Positions 16,946 to 24,859 of a stretch of 40,299 nt of DNA are shown piece after piece (position 1 is the stretch's first letter; the number at the start of each line of letters is the position of its first letter). This DNA is from a virus. The translations under genes and the position numbers were made by a program. The stretch is from IMG/VR virus record IMGVR_UViG_3300028578_000002, one strand, 5' to 3'. The notes beneath the pieces are model-generated. The model worked only from the letters and a program-made list of their open reading frames with translations. It did not search any database and was not told the DNA's origin.

Positions 16946-18508
16946 CTAGAAGACGCCGTCGAAGATCGGAACGTAGCCGATGAACGCGCCCGTCGGGTCA
17001 TGGACGCTATGGCGGCCGATGACGTTGCCGAGGGTGGTGAGCCCGGTGACGACGGGGACTTGGTACTGGTTGAACGTGACGGACCCGCCGGCGGTGATGT
17101 TCCCCGCGACGTGGTGGTTGCCGGTGACGCGCTCGTGGCCGACGACCTCGAACGTCGACGGGTTGACCGGGTCGCGGCCCCATCGGACGTCAGTGCCGGC
17201 GGTGCCGTCGCCGGCAATCGTCGAACCGTCGGCGATCCGGTAGAAGCGCAGGTTGGCTTCGCCGATGACCTGGCATGCTTCGATCACGTCGTTGTTTTGC
17301 TCGGGCCGGATGAAGTCGACCGCAGAGCGCTCGTGCCGCGGGATGATGCTGGTGATGCCAGCTTGGTCGAGCTTCTGTGCGACCGTCCCGAAGTACCACG
17401 GCTCCTTGCCGAAGATGATGTTGCCTTGGAACGCGAGAGGGACAGCGCCGACCGAGCCGCCACCCACGTCCATGCGGGCACCGACGAAGGGGTTGGCGCT
17501 GAACGCGACGTCGCACGCGTTGCCGCCGTGGAACTTGGTGTCCTCGACGATGAGCGAGGACTGACCGGTCCCGTCGGCGTTGTCCGCGAGGACCGCCGTG
17601 CCCATCGCGTCGGGGAGGTCGCCACCGAAGATGTCGCCATTGATGGAGATGGGCACGTGCCGCAGGATGTTGAGCGCACCCGCGGAGTTCTTGACCATGT
17701 GCTGACTCGACGCGTAGGAGCCCTCGAGGATCGTGTCTTGCACGACGTTGTAGAGCGTGTACGCGAACTGGCCGAGCGGCTGCGCGAGGACCCGGCGGAA
17801 CTCGAGGATGGTGTCGTATGCGCCGGCGAGCTCGCCCTTGAGGATGACGTTGTTGGCGGCGCCGGCGTCGAAGCGGCAGACGACGTTCCCGTCGACGCAC
17901 CACGGGTCGTTGATCAGCGAGTTCTGCAACGTGGCGAGGAGCAGACAGATGCCCTCGTCGGGGTCCGCGAAGTTGGCGGTGACGGCCTCGATGTACGCGG
18001 AGACCAGGAGGCCGAACACGAGCGGGCGCGTGGCGATGCCGAGCGCGGGCCCGGGCCCACCCCAGACGGCGAAGTGCCCGTAGTACCCGGCGTACTGGCG
18101 GGGGTTGCCGTACGCGTTGCAGTCGACCCCGGCGCCCGCGTCGACGCATTCGATGATGGAGATATCGCGGCCCTGCCCGACGATGCCCTTGCCCAACATG
18201 TCGGGCCGGCCCTCGAGGTAGAAGTGGTCACCGGGGTTCGCGGGGAGCGGGAGCGCGACACCGTTGGCGCCGATCTCCTCGGCCTCCTCGCGTGCCGAGA
18301 TGAGCGCGGCGGTGTTGTCGAACGCGGAGCCGTCGGCCTTCCCGCCGTGGCGCTCGAGCGGGACGTTGATCATGTGCCGTCGGAGGAACTCCCCGCGGGC
18401 GAGCATGCCGAAGATGTCCTTGTAGATCTCGGAGTGCTCGGGGTGCGCCGGCGTGACGTCGGCGACGATCTCTGAGGGTAGGAGGTCGATGGTGTCTTCG
18501 GGTTGCAC
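16946..18508 (-). CDS. Pectate-lyase-superfamily / right-handed beta-helix protein (tailspike- or depolymerase-like)
   Basis: N-terminal HGGKADGSAFDNTAALISAREEAEEIGANGVALPLPANPGDHFYLEG signature, followed by a G/N/V/I-rich repetitive body. GTG start. Confidence 0.6.
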   Translation of the reverse strand: MQPEDTIDLLPSEIVADVTPAHPEHSEIYKDIFGMLARGEFLRRHMINVPLERHGGKADGSAFDNTAALISAREEAEEIGANGVALPLPANPGDHFYLEGRPDMLGKGIVGQGRDISIIECVDAGAGVDCNAYGNPRQYAGYYGHFAVWGGPGPALGIATRPLVFGLLVSAYIEAVTANFADPDEGICLLLATLQNSLINDPWCVDGNVVCRFDAGAANNVILKGELAGAYDTILEFRRVLAQPLGQFAYTLYNVVQDTILEGSYASSQHMVKNSAGALNILRHVPISINGDIFGGDLPDAMGTAVLADNADGTGQSSLIVEDTKFHGGNACDVAFSANPFVGARMDVGGGSVGAVPLAFQGNIIFGKEPWYFGTVAQKLDQAGITSIIPRHERSAVDFIRPEQNNDVIEACQVIGEANLRFYRIADGSTIAGDGTAGTDVRWGRDPVNPSTFEVVGHERVTGNHHVAGNITAGGSVTFNQYQVPVVTGLTTLGNVIGRHSVHDPTGAFIGYVPIFDGVF

Positions 18509-18526
18509 GCCGACGATCCTACGGGC
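18509..18526 (-). promoter_or_regulatory. Motif copy C2 (GCCCG TAGGAT CGTCGGC | GTG), ambiguous with a weak AGGA ribosome-binding site
   Basis: Read on the minus strand between the capsid terminator hairpin and GTG 18508. Confidence 0.35.
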
Positions 18527-18535
18527 GGGCGCGAA

Positions 18536-18561
18536 CCGGCCCGGGCGATGGGCCCGGGCCG
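18536..18561 (-). terminator. GC-rich hairpin after the major capsid gene (intrinsic terminator/attenuator candidate)
   Basis: Perfect 11-bp stem CCGGCCCGGGC/GCCCGGGCCGG with a 4-nt loop, 28 nt past the capsid stop. Only TT follows it on the sense strand. Confidence 0.5.
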
Positions 18562-18588
18562 GTCGTTGCTAAGCCGGGGGGCGAAGCG

Positions 18589-20037
18589 TCAGGAGCCGGC
18601 GGCGGTGAGGTCGATCTCGACGAACGCCTTGGGGCGGATCACGCCGAACGCCGCGCGCATCTCGGCCAGGATGGCGACGAGGTTGCGGACGAAGAAATCG
18701 GCGTGCGAGTCGCTGACCTGCAACGCGGCCTGCTCGCGGTCCCACAGGACCGCCATGCGCCAGTCGGCGACCATGCCGGTGCCTTCGGGCATGGCCTCGC
18801 ACTCGACGCGGGGCAGACCCCAGAGCGGCGCCGACGGGTTCGACGTGGGCCCGCCGAAGTAGAAGTCGCCGTTGAGGTTCCGCAACAGGTCGATCCGCTC
18901 GTTGTCGTTCGGGTGGAACACGTAGGCGGTGGGCCGGGCCCGGCCGACGGTGCGCACCTTGGTCCGCGCCTTGCGGGTGGTGGTGAGCAGGTCGGAGTCC
19001 CATGCCTGGGCCTGCGTGCCCTCGACCTCGAGGATGCCCTCGAAGTTCTCGCCGGTGTCGTTGCCGGTGAGGACCTGATCCTCGAGCGCCTCCTCGAGCC
19101 CGTACCGGAGGAACGAGTCGATCAGGGTGCGGATCTGCGCGGCGTCGGACAGGGCCCGCTTGGTCGCGGGGATCCAGTGGGCGATCGTCTTGACGTTCGC
19201 GGTGATCTTCTCGAGCGCGAGCCCGGACTCGGGCTTGCGACCGGCGGCGTTGGGGACGTCGGGGTCGGGCCCGGGGAACGCGGCGGTGGTGGCCTCGGGC
19301 ACCGGCGCGGCGTTGTTGGTGAACCCGGTCACCCGCGCGTACTCGACCTGATCGGAGCCGGTCGTGCCGCGGGTGATGAGGTCCACGATCGACAACGGCC
19401 GCTGGAACTGGCCGAGCCCGTCGAGGAGGCCGAGCCACTGGGTCTGCACGAGCGCGCCGCCCGACGTCTGCGAGACACCGGTCACGAGGTCCTTCATCCC
19501 GAACGCGACGGCGGGGGAGTGGATGCCCTTGGCCGACTCGGGGATCTGCCCGGACGGTGCCATCGACGAGAGCCAGGACTTGAACTCCGGCGCGGTGGCG
19601 AACTTCTCGCCGAGGCTGATGCCCTCACCGGCGGTGGCGGCGCCACCCTTGGCGAGCTCGCCCACGGGGCGGCCGAGGATGTTGAGGTCGTCGAGGAGCT
19701 TGGCGTCACCGTCGATGCCGAGGATGGCGTCATGGAACTCCTTGGCCTCCGCGACGAAGCCCTTGATCTGGTCGCGCTCTTCGGTGGTGAGGTGACGGCC
19801 CTCGCCCTCGGCCTTGGCAGCGATGTCGCGGGCCTTGGAGAGGGTGCCGAGCTTCTCGGCCTCGAGCTCGAGGCGGGACTTGCCCGCGAGTGCGACCTCG
19901 CCGGCGTCGGCGCCGAGGTGGCCGAACACGAACCGGAGGCGGTCGAGGAGCGGGAGGTCGGAGCGCTCGAGCACGAACCGTGCCGTGAGCAGGACGGCCG
20001 AGATGGTCACGGCCAGGTGGAACAGGGTGGAACGCAT
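18589..20037 (-). CDS. Major capsid protein, HK97 family (with N-terminal delta/scaffold region)
   Basis: ORF trimmed to ATG 20037 with AAGGAGGG 5 nt upstream. Core sequence ...KPESGLALEKITANVKTIAHWIPATKRALSDAAQIRTLIDSFLRYGLEEALEDQVLTGN... Confidence 0.9.
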   Translation of the reverse strand: MRSTLFHLAVTISAVLLTARFVLERSDLPLLDRLRFVFGHLGADAGEVALAGKSRLELEAEKLGTLSKARDIAAKAEGEGRHLTTEERDQIKGFVAEAKEFHDAILGIDGDAKLLDDLNILGRPVGELAKGGAATAGEGISLGEKFATAPEFKSWLSSMAPSGQIPESAKGIHSPAVAFGMKDLVTGVSQTSGGALVQTQWLGLLDGLGQFQRPLSIVDLITRGTTGSDQVEYARVTGFTNNAAPVPEATTAAFPGPDPDVPNAAGRKPESGLALEKITANVKTIAHWIPATKRALSDAAQIRTLIDSFLRYGLEEALEDQVLTGNDTGENFEGILEVEGTQAQAWDSDLLTTTRKARTKVRTVGRARPTAYVFHPNDNERIDLLRNLNGDFYFGGPTSNPSAPLWGLPRVECEAMPEGTGMVADWRMAVLWDREQAALQVSDSHADFFVRNLVAILAEMRAAFGVIRPKAFVEIDLTAAGS

Positions 20038-20060
20038 GGGGCCCTCCTTGGGCGATGGGT

Positions 20061-21191
20061 CTAGGAGAGCTCGGCCTCCGCGAGGTCGAGCTCGGCGAGC
20101 ACGGTGTCGTACCCACTGGCATCCTCGGACCCCGTCTCCGCTCCCGGCTCCTCCGCGTTGGCCCTGCCGGGCTCCTCCGCGTTGGCCGTGGCCTTGCCGG
20201 TGTTCGATTCGGCCGCGACCGTACCGCGGTCCTTGCCGACGATGGCGGATCGGACGCGGTTCTTGCGGACCCGGGCCTTGCGCGACACCTCGACGGTCAC
20301 CTCGATCTCCGCGGCGTCGGCGACCGTGACGGTGCCGTCGTCGCCGCGCTCGAACGACACCTCGTAGAAGATGCCCTCGCCGATCGGGTCGTTCCACCCT
20401 TCGACCAGGACGATGGCCCGGTCCTCGGTCGGGTAGGTGGCTTCCTGGTGGAGGTAGTAGAAGCCGCCGTCGCCGGAGTCGAGCTCGCGGAAGTGCTCGA
20501 ACGCGGCATCGTAGAGGGCTTCGACCTCGGCTTCGACGGAGCCCTCGAAGTCGACGTTGACGCGGGCCTTGGCGCCGGTCTCGGCGCGGCGCTTGGCGAC
20601 GGCCTCGAGGGCCTCGATGACCTGCTCGGCGTTGAGCTCGCCGTCGAGCGCGGCGGAGAGGAGCCGGGTCGCGGGGTTCGCTCCCTTGAGCGTGGGCCCG
20701 ACCTCGATGACGTCGAGCTCGAGGAGCTCGTTGGCGCCGTCGGATCCGCGGCGCTCCTCGATCACGTCGTACGCGAACGAGAACTCCTTGATCCGTCGCT
20801 TCTCGAGCCGCTTGGCCAGCCGGCGCGCGAAGGGCTCGTCGGGGTCGTCAACGTCGAGCCGGAACTTGGTGAGGAGACCGCCGTTGTCCTCGAGGCCGGT
20901 GCCGGCCAACAACGGGTCGCCGGCGCCGAGCTCCTTGGCTTCGAGGACCTCACCGACGTGGGCCTCGAGGTCGTCCCACTGGTGGGAGAAGATGACCGGG
21001 ATGGGGTCACCGGACGCGGCCCATCGCTCGAGGCTCTTGGCGAACGCGCCCGCGATGATCCGATCGCCCTGGTGATCGACGTTCCCGAACACCGAGACGA
21101 TCGCGGAGAAGACGCCGGGGCCCTCGTCGGGTAGCGCCTTGAGGCCGTGCAGGGTGGCGACGGTCTTGGCCTTGCGAATGGTCTTGCTCAT
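20061..21191 (-). CDS. Prohead (capsid maturation) protease, HK97/S78 family, with a ~190-aa C-terminal extension
   Basis: ORF trimmed to ATG 21191 with GGAGG 9 nt upstream. GVFSAIVSVFGNVDHQGDRIIAGAFAKSL...VIFSHQWDD. The tail contains ANAEEPG twice. Confidence 0.8.
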   Translation of the reverse strand: MSKTIRKAKTVATLHGLKALPDEGPGVFSAIVSVFGNVDHQGDRIIAGAFAKSLERWAASGDPIPVIFSHQWDDLEAHVGEVLEAKELGAGDPLLAGTGLEDNGGLLTKFRLDVDDPDEPFARRLAKRLEKRRIKEFSFAYDVIEERRGSDGANELLELDVIEVGPTLKGANPATRLLSAALDGELNAEQVIEALEAVAKRRAETGAKARVNVDFEGSVEAEVEALYDAAFEHFRELDSGDGGFYYLHQEATYPTEDRAIVLVEGWNDPIGEGIFYEVSFERGDDGTVTVADAAEIEVTVEVSRKARVRKNRVRSAIVGKDRGTVAAESNTGKATANAEEPGRANAEEPGAETGSEDASGYDTVLAELDLAEAELS

Positions 21192-21204
21192 GGTGGTCAT
21201 CCTC

Positions 21205-23235
21205 CTACGAGAAGTCGAGCGAGCACTGGCACCCGGCGGTCTGCGCGACACCGAGGACCGGGTCGCCGGGGTACTGGCCGCCGTTGCTGAACGGCTGGCC
21301 GAGGGGGACGGTCTCGCCGTTGAGGCCGGCGTGGCGCGAGTCCTGCGCGCCCGACGACCGCCACGTCTTGGTGCGGACACCGGCTTGCGACGCGGCCTCG
21401 CGTCGGGCCCACTGGCCGACGGTGGTGGCGCGGGTGGTGGCGATGGTCGGGATCCGGGCGGCGACGGTCACGGCGAACACGTTGCGGGCGGGGTCGAGGA
21501 ACGAGTCGCCGCCGAGGAAGTCGTCGACGCCGTCGTCGTCGAGCGCGATGCCGAGCTCGGTGAGGGCCTCGGCGATGGCCTTGCTCGCGGTGCCGCGGCG
21601 TGCCACGCCGGACCAGGCTTCGGCGAGCTCGTCGTAGGTCGCACCATTGATGCCCTCCGCCGCGATCCGGGCGTTCTCCCCGAGCCATGCTTCGGTCCGG
21701 GTGATGTCGAACTCCGCGCCGAACTCCGCGGCGAGGGGCGTGCCGAGGTCCTCGGTCATCGCGAGGTTCAACGCGAAGAGGTCGGTGCGGAGCTCGCCGT
21801 CCCACCGGGCCCGGTCGAAGGCCTCGTCGAGATCCTGGCCGGCGCCGAGCCGGGACAGCACCGAGGCGGCCTGGCGGTTGACGAACCCGGTGAGGACCTC
21901 GACGTGCTTGGCCTGCCAGCCGGTGAGGTTCGCGGGGAGCGCGGCCTTGGCGAGGGCCTTGGCGCCGTGCCCGGTGAGCGTCGCGGAGGCGGTGCCCGAT
22001 GGTGCGGAGTCGGTCGGTGAGGCCTGGCCACCGACGAGCACGTTGAGGGGGACAACGAGCTCGTTGCCGCCGTCGATCGGCGGGAGGTTGCGGAGCGCGC
22101 GGGCCTCGTTGCGCGACAGCCACGGCGCGCCCGTCGCGGTCTGGATCGCGGAGGCCTGCTCCTCGAAGCGGCCGCGGAGCTTCTCTTCGATGTTGAACTC
22201 GAGGTAGACGTCGTCGACGTCGTCGAACTCGGGGAGGACCTGGGCCTCAAGTTCGAGGGTGAGCCAGTCGAGCCACGGGCCGAGGGTGTCGGCGTAGAGG
22301 CTGACGTGCTGCTCCTTGATGTTGGCGAAGTTCGCGTGCTCAAGGATCCCGACGAACACCGGCGGGATGAAGTACGCCGCGGCGCACTCCTCGCGGGTGA
22401 GCCTGCGCGCGCCGAGGTATTCGGAATCCTTCGCGGAGAACGAGGCTTCCTTCCATTGCATGCCGTCTTCGAGGATCGGAGTGCCGCCGGCGCCGGTGCC
22501 CGATCCGGTGTAGGTGCCGCGCCAGTCCGAGAGGAACCGGTTGCGCGCGGTGTCGGACCACTTCGGCGCCTCGACGGGGCGCTCAATGATGCCCGACATC
22601 CGCGCGCCAGTGCGCCAGAACTGCTCGCGGTACTCACCGGCGGCGGCCTCCTCGGCGAGGATCTGGCGGAGCGACTCGACCGGGCTGACCCCGATGCGCG
22701 GGTCGCTCGGGTTGTGGCCGTGCATGTAGAAGACCGCGTCGTTGGGATAGGTCCGCTCGCCGAGGATGCCGGTGACCTTGAACCCTTCGGGCCACAGGAG
22801 CGAGTCACCGATCGGGGTGATGAGCGTGGGCGGGATCCGCACCGCGTTGAGCTCGCCGTTGGCGTCGTTGCGGAGCTTGAGCTCGAAGAGCGAGTCGTAG
22901 AGCGCGAGGTCCTCGATCATGTTGCGGATCCACACGTGCCGGGTGGTGGGCCGCGGGAGCGCCGGCGTCGGGTTCTTGAGGAACCGCGCTAGGTCGTGGC
23001 CCGGCTCGAGGCCGATACGCTCGTTGTCGCTGACGCGCCGGTAGGCCTTGAGCCCGAGTTGTGCGATGTTCCGGGCGAGGAACCGGATGACGATGCGCAG
23101 GTTGGGCTGCGCCTTGTAGAGCTCGGCGTAGTCCTGAACGCGGCCGTTGTAGAGGGTGATGCTCTGTACGGCGGGGCCTTGGACCCACTGGCGGTAGGTG
23201 GAGACGAGCGAGCCAGCGGACTCGACGATGGCCAC
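21205..23235 (-). CDS. Portal protein (HK97-type) fused to a Mu F / SPP1 gp7-like head morphogenesis domain
   Basis: The N-terminal ~400 aa are portal-like (…FWRTGARMSGII…EDGMQWKE…LTREECAAAYFIPPVFVG). The C-terminus ...SRHAGLNGETVPLGQPFSNGGQYPGDPVLGVAQTAGCQCSL is a MuF motif. GTG start. Confidence 0.85.
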   Translation of the reverse strand: MAIVESAGSLVSTYRQWVQGPAVQSITLYNGRVQDYAELYKAQPNLRIVIRFLARNIAQLGLKAYRRVSDNERIGLEPGHDLARFLKNPTPALPRPTTRHVWIRNMIEDLALYDSLFELKLRNDANGELNAVRIPPTLITPIGDSLLWPEGFKVTGILGERTYPNDAVFYMHGHNPSDPRIGVSPVESLRQILAEEAAAGEYREQFWRTGARMSGIIERPVEAPKWSDTARNRFLSDWRGTYTGSGTGAGGTPILEDGMQWKEASFSAKDSEYLGARRLTREECAAAYFIPPVFVGILEHANFANIKEQHVSLYADTLGPWLDWLTLELEAQVLPEFDDVDDVYLEFNIEEKLRGRFEEQASAIQTATGAPWLSRNEARALRNLPPIDGGNELVVPLNVLVGGQASPTDSAPSGTASATLTGHGAKALAKAALPANLTGWQAKHVEVLTGFVNRQAASVLSRLGAGQDLDEAFDRARWDGELRTDLFALNLAMTEDLGTPLAAEFGAEFDITRTEAWLGENARIAAEGINGATYDELAEAWSGVARRGTASKAIAEALTELGIALDDDGVDDFLGGDSFLDPARNVFAVTVAARIPTIATTRATTVGQWARREAASQAGVRTKTWRSSGAQDSRHAGLNGETVPLGQPFSNGGQYPGDPVLGVAQTAGCQCSLDFS

Positions 23236-23241
23236 GGTGCG

Positions 23242-23472
23242 CTAGCCCTCCGCGGCCGGGACGATGACCTGGGCGAAAGACACGTTGGTGCGCTCGACGA
23301 TGACGTCGCCGTCGAGCCGGACCGGGTCACGTGCGGCCTCGAGGAGGTAGGCGTCCTTGAGCACGAGCAACGGTCCCCGGGCCTCGAACAGCACGCCGCG
23401 GATGGCGACGGCGTCCTTGAGGTTGACGAGGACTCGGCGATGGAGCGCTACCCGGCGCCACGACGAGAACAT
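23242..23472 (-). CDS. Hypothetical 76-aa protein directly upstream of portal
   Basis: Good G/C third-position bias. ATG 23472 is abutted by the TAGCCT motif. Confidence 0.6.
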   Translation of the reverse strand: MFSSWRRVALHRRVLVNLKDAVAIRGVLFEARGPLLVLKDAYLLEAARDPVRLDGDVIVERTNVSFAQVIVPAAEG

Positions 23473-23491
23473 GCCGCGAGGCTACGCCGCG
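23473..23491 (-). promoter_or_regulatory. Motif copy A3 (CGCGGCG TAGCCT CGCGGC | ATG)
   Basis: Read on the minus strand at the end of a 112-nt non-coding gap. No Shine-Dalgarno. Confidence 0.5.
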
Positions 23492-23584
23492 TCCTGGGGG
23501 GTGCTAGGGATCGGGGCGCGGCACCGGCCCGAGCCGAAGCCCGGACCGGCCACCGGTGTCGCAACCCAACCGACCGCGGTGACG

Positions 23585-23797
23585 CTACCCGGTGCCCTCC
23601 GCGATCCGAAGTACCTGCACGTTGGAGAGCCCGGCGAGCCCACCGATGGCCCGCGCTGAGGGCGGGTCGGGGAGCGCACGGAGCTCTCGGATGATGGCGT
23701 CGCGCGCGGCCTTGGATCCATCGACCTGGGCCTCGGCCGCGTCGAGCCGGAGGCGCACCGAGCGAAGCCGGCTCTCGAGCTCGGCCCGGCTAGCCAT
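23585..23797 (-). CDS. Small coiled-coil + HTH DNA-binding protein
   Basis: 70 aa. ...RDAIIRELRALPDPPSARAIGGLAGLSNVQVLRIAEG. Same architecture as 2948-3202 and 33965-34234. Confidence 0.6.
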   Translation of the reverse strand: MASRAELESRLRSVRLRLDAAEAQVDGSKAARDAIIRELRALPDPPSARAIGGLAGLSNVQVLRIAEGTG

Positions 23798-23966
23798 GGT
23801 CGTCCTCCCCGAGGTCGCACGACAGGGCCGTCACGTTGCCGAACCCGTTGCGACGGACGATGCAGGTGACGCCGTCGATGACCTCGGTGTGCGGGCTGCG
23901 GTCGGCGCATCCGCTGGCCGCGAGCACGAGCGCGACCACCGCGGCCACCGCGCGACGGCTAGCCAC
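23790..23966 (-). CDS. Small lipoprotein (58 aa)
   Basis: GTG 23966. Signal peptide plus lipobox VAAVVALVLAASGC. Second Cys pair further along the sequence. Confidence 0.5.
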   Translation of the reverse strand: MASRRAVAAVVALVLAASGCADRSPHTEVIDGVTCIVRRNGFGNVTALSCDLGEDDHG

Positions 23967-24429
23967 GGTCGTCGTCCGGCATCGGTGAGAAGAGCCAGGG
24001 GGACTCTCCCGCGAGGGTGATCCCGTAGCCGTGGAACGTCGCGAACAGGGCCCAGACGACGTAGAAGCCGGGGAGGCTAGCGACGATGAACCGGGCCGCC
24101 GCGCCGCGCTGGCGGATCGCGACGTCGATGGCATGGTCGGCGACGAGCCGACGGAACACCGCGACACCGACGTCGTTGAGCACGAGCTCGTCATCGGCGA
24201 TGACACCGAGGCCGAGGTCGACGGCCTCGATGTCGTCCATCTTCCCGGCGGCGAGCAGGGCCTTGACGAGGATGACGAGCTCCTCGAGGTCATGGTCGGA
24301 GATGGTCTCGGCGTCGGGCTCGGTGTTGACGAGCTCGTCGAGGGTGACGGTCTCGACCGGGAGCTCGACGTCGACGTCGGGGTCGTCGGCGCCGGTCTCG
24401 GCGTAGAGGTGGGCGAGGGGGTCGGTCAT
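23959..24429 (-). CDS. Acidic protein with a C-terminal hydrophobic anchor (156 aa)
   Basis: ORF trimmed to ATG 24429 (ATGA coupling). The N-terminal half is D/E-rich. The C-terminus FIVASLPGFYVVWALFATFHGYGITLAG is TM-like. Confidence 0.6.
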   Translation of the reverse strand: MTDPLAHLYAETGADDPDVDVELPVETVTLDELVNTEPDAETISDHDLEELVILVKALLAAGKMDDIEAVDLGLGVIADDELVLNDVGVAVFRRLVADHAIDVAIRQRGAAARFIVASLPGFYVVWALFATFHGYGITLAGESPWLFSPMPDDDRG

Positions 24430-24719
24430 CGGTTCGTGTCCTCCTTGAGGAACGCTTGGGCTTGTCGGTGTGAGCACGAGCAGTCGATCGGGCACTCCCC
24501 GTTGGGGCCGTAGTCCATGGTGTGCCGACGGAGGAGTTCGGTCGCTCGAGCGGCGCGGACCTCGGCGTCGGCCCATGCGCGGCCGAGGTCCTTCACGGTG
24601 GGCCAGCCGAGTTGGTGGAGCTCAAGGCGCATCGTGGTCCCCTCGAGCGCGTCGGCCACCACGTGAGCGAGGTCCTCGCGGAGATGGCGTAGCGCTCGGA
24701 GCTTCTCGCGGATGGTCAT
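24426..24719 (-). CDS. Hypothetical 97-aa protein
   Basis: AAGGAGG lies 8 nt upstream of ATG 24719. C-terminal Cys/His cluster GECPIDCSCSH. Confidence 0.6.
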   Translation of the reverse strand: MTIREKLRALRHLREDLAHVVADALEGTTMRLELHQLGWPTVKDLGRAWADAEVRAARATELLRRHTMDYGPNGECPIDCSCSHRQAQAFLKEDTNR

Positions 24720-24859
24720 GGGATGAGCCTCCTTGCGGCTCGGCCGGTGAGCCGGCCGTAGATCCGTCGCAGGATGCGGCGGAGGATGCGTCCGCGCCGG
24801 ATGGCACGGAGGTCGTTGGCGACCCGGAGGCCGCGGTAGAGGTGGTCGCGCGTGCTCAT
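24716..24859 (-). CDS. Arg-rich 47-aa peptide (15 Arg; RRGRILRRILRRIYGRLTGR)
   Basis: Not in the ORF track because it is under 60 aa. ATGA overlaps at both ends (24856-24859 and 24716-24719). Translated by hand with no internal stop. Confidence 0.5.
   Translation of the reverse strand: MSTRDHLYRGLRVANDLRAIRRGRILRRILRRIYGRLTGRAARRLIP

Noticed and set aside
17000-18475. 491-aa plus-strand ORF antisense to the beta-helix gene
   Set aside because: Asp/Gly/Val/Arg/Glu low-complexity sequence with no motifs. The minus frame has the pectate-lyase-type signature and a proper start context.
20144-20187. Imperfect 24-bp tandem duplication as a VNTR or regulatory repeat
   Set aside because: It lies inside the protease ORF and simply encodes ANAEEPG twice. 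There are only two copies, with several mismatches.
20038-20397. N-terminal extensions of longest ORFs (capsid 18589..20397; likewise protease ..21380, terL ..27075, transferase ..16017, 38045..39274)
   Set aside because: The extensions are Arg/Gly/Pro-rich and overlap the preceding gene in another frame. Internal starts have Shine-Dalgarno sites or ATGA/GTGA coupling.
23473-23584. The 112-nt non-coding gap (and the gaps at 30349-30489 and 35883-35959) as tRNA or small RNA genes
   Set aside because: No cloverleaf-compatible arms or T-loop (GTTCRA-like) sequence could be found. The GC-rich partial palindromes there are weak. Only the start motif at the gap edge is convincing.
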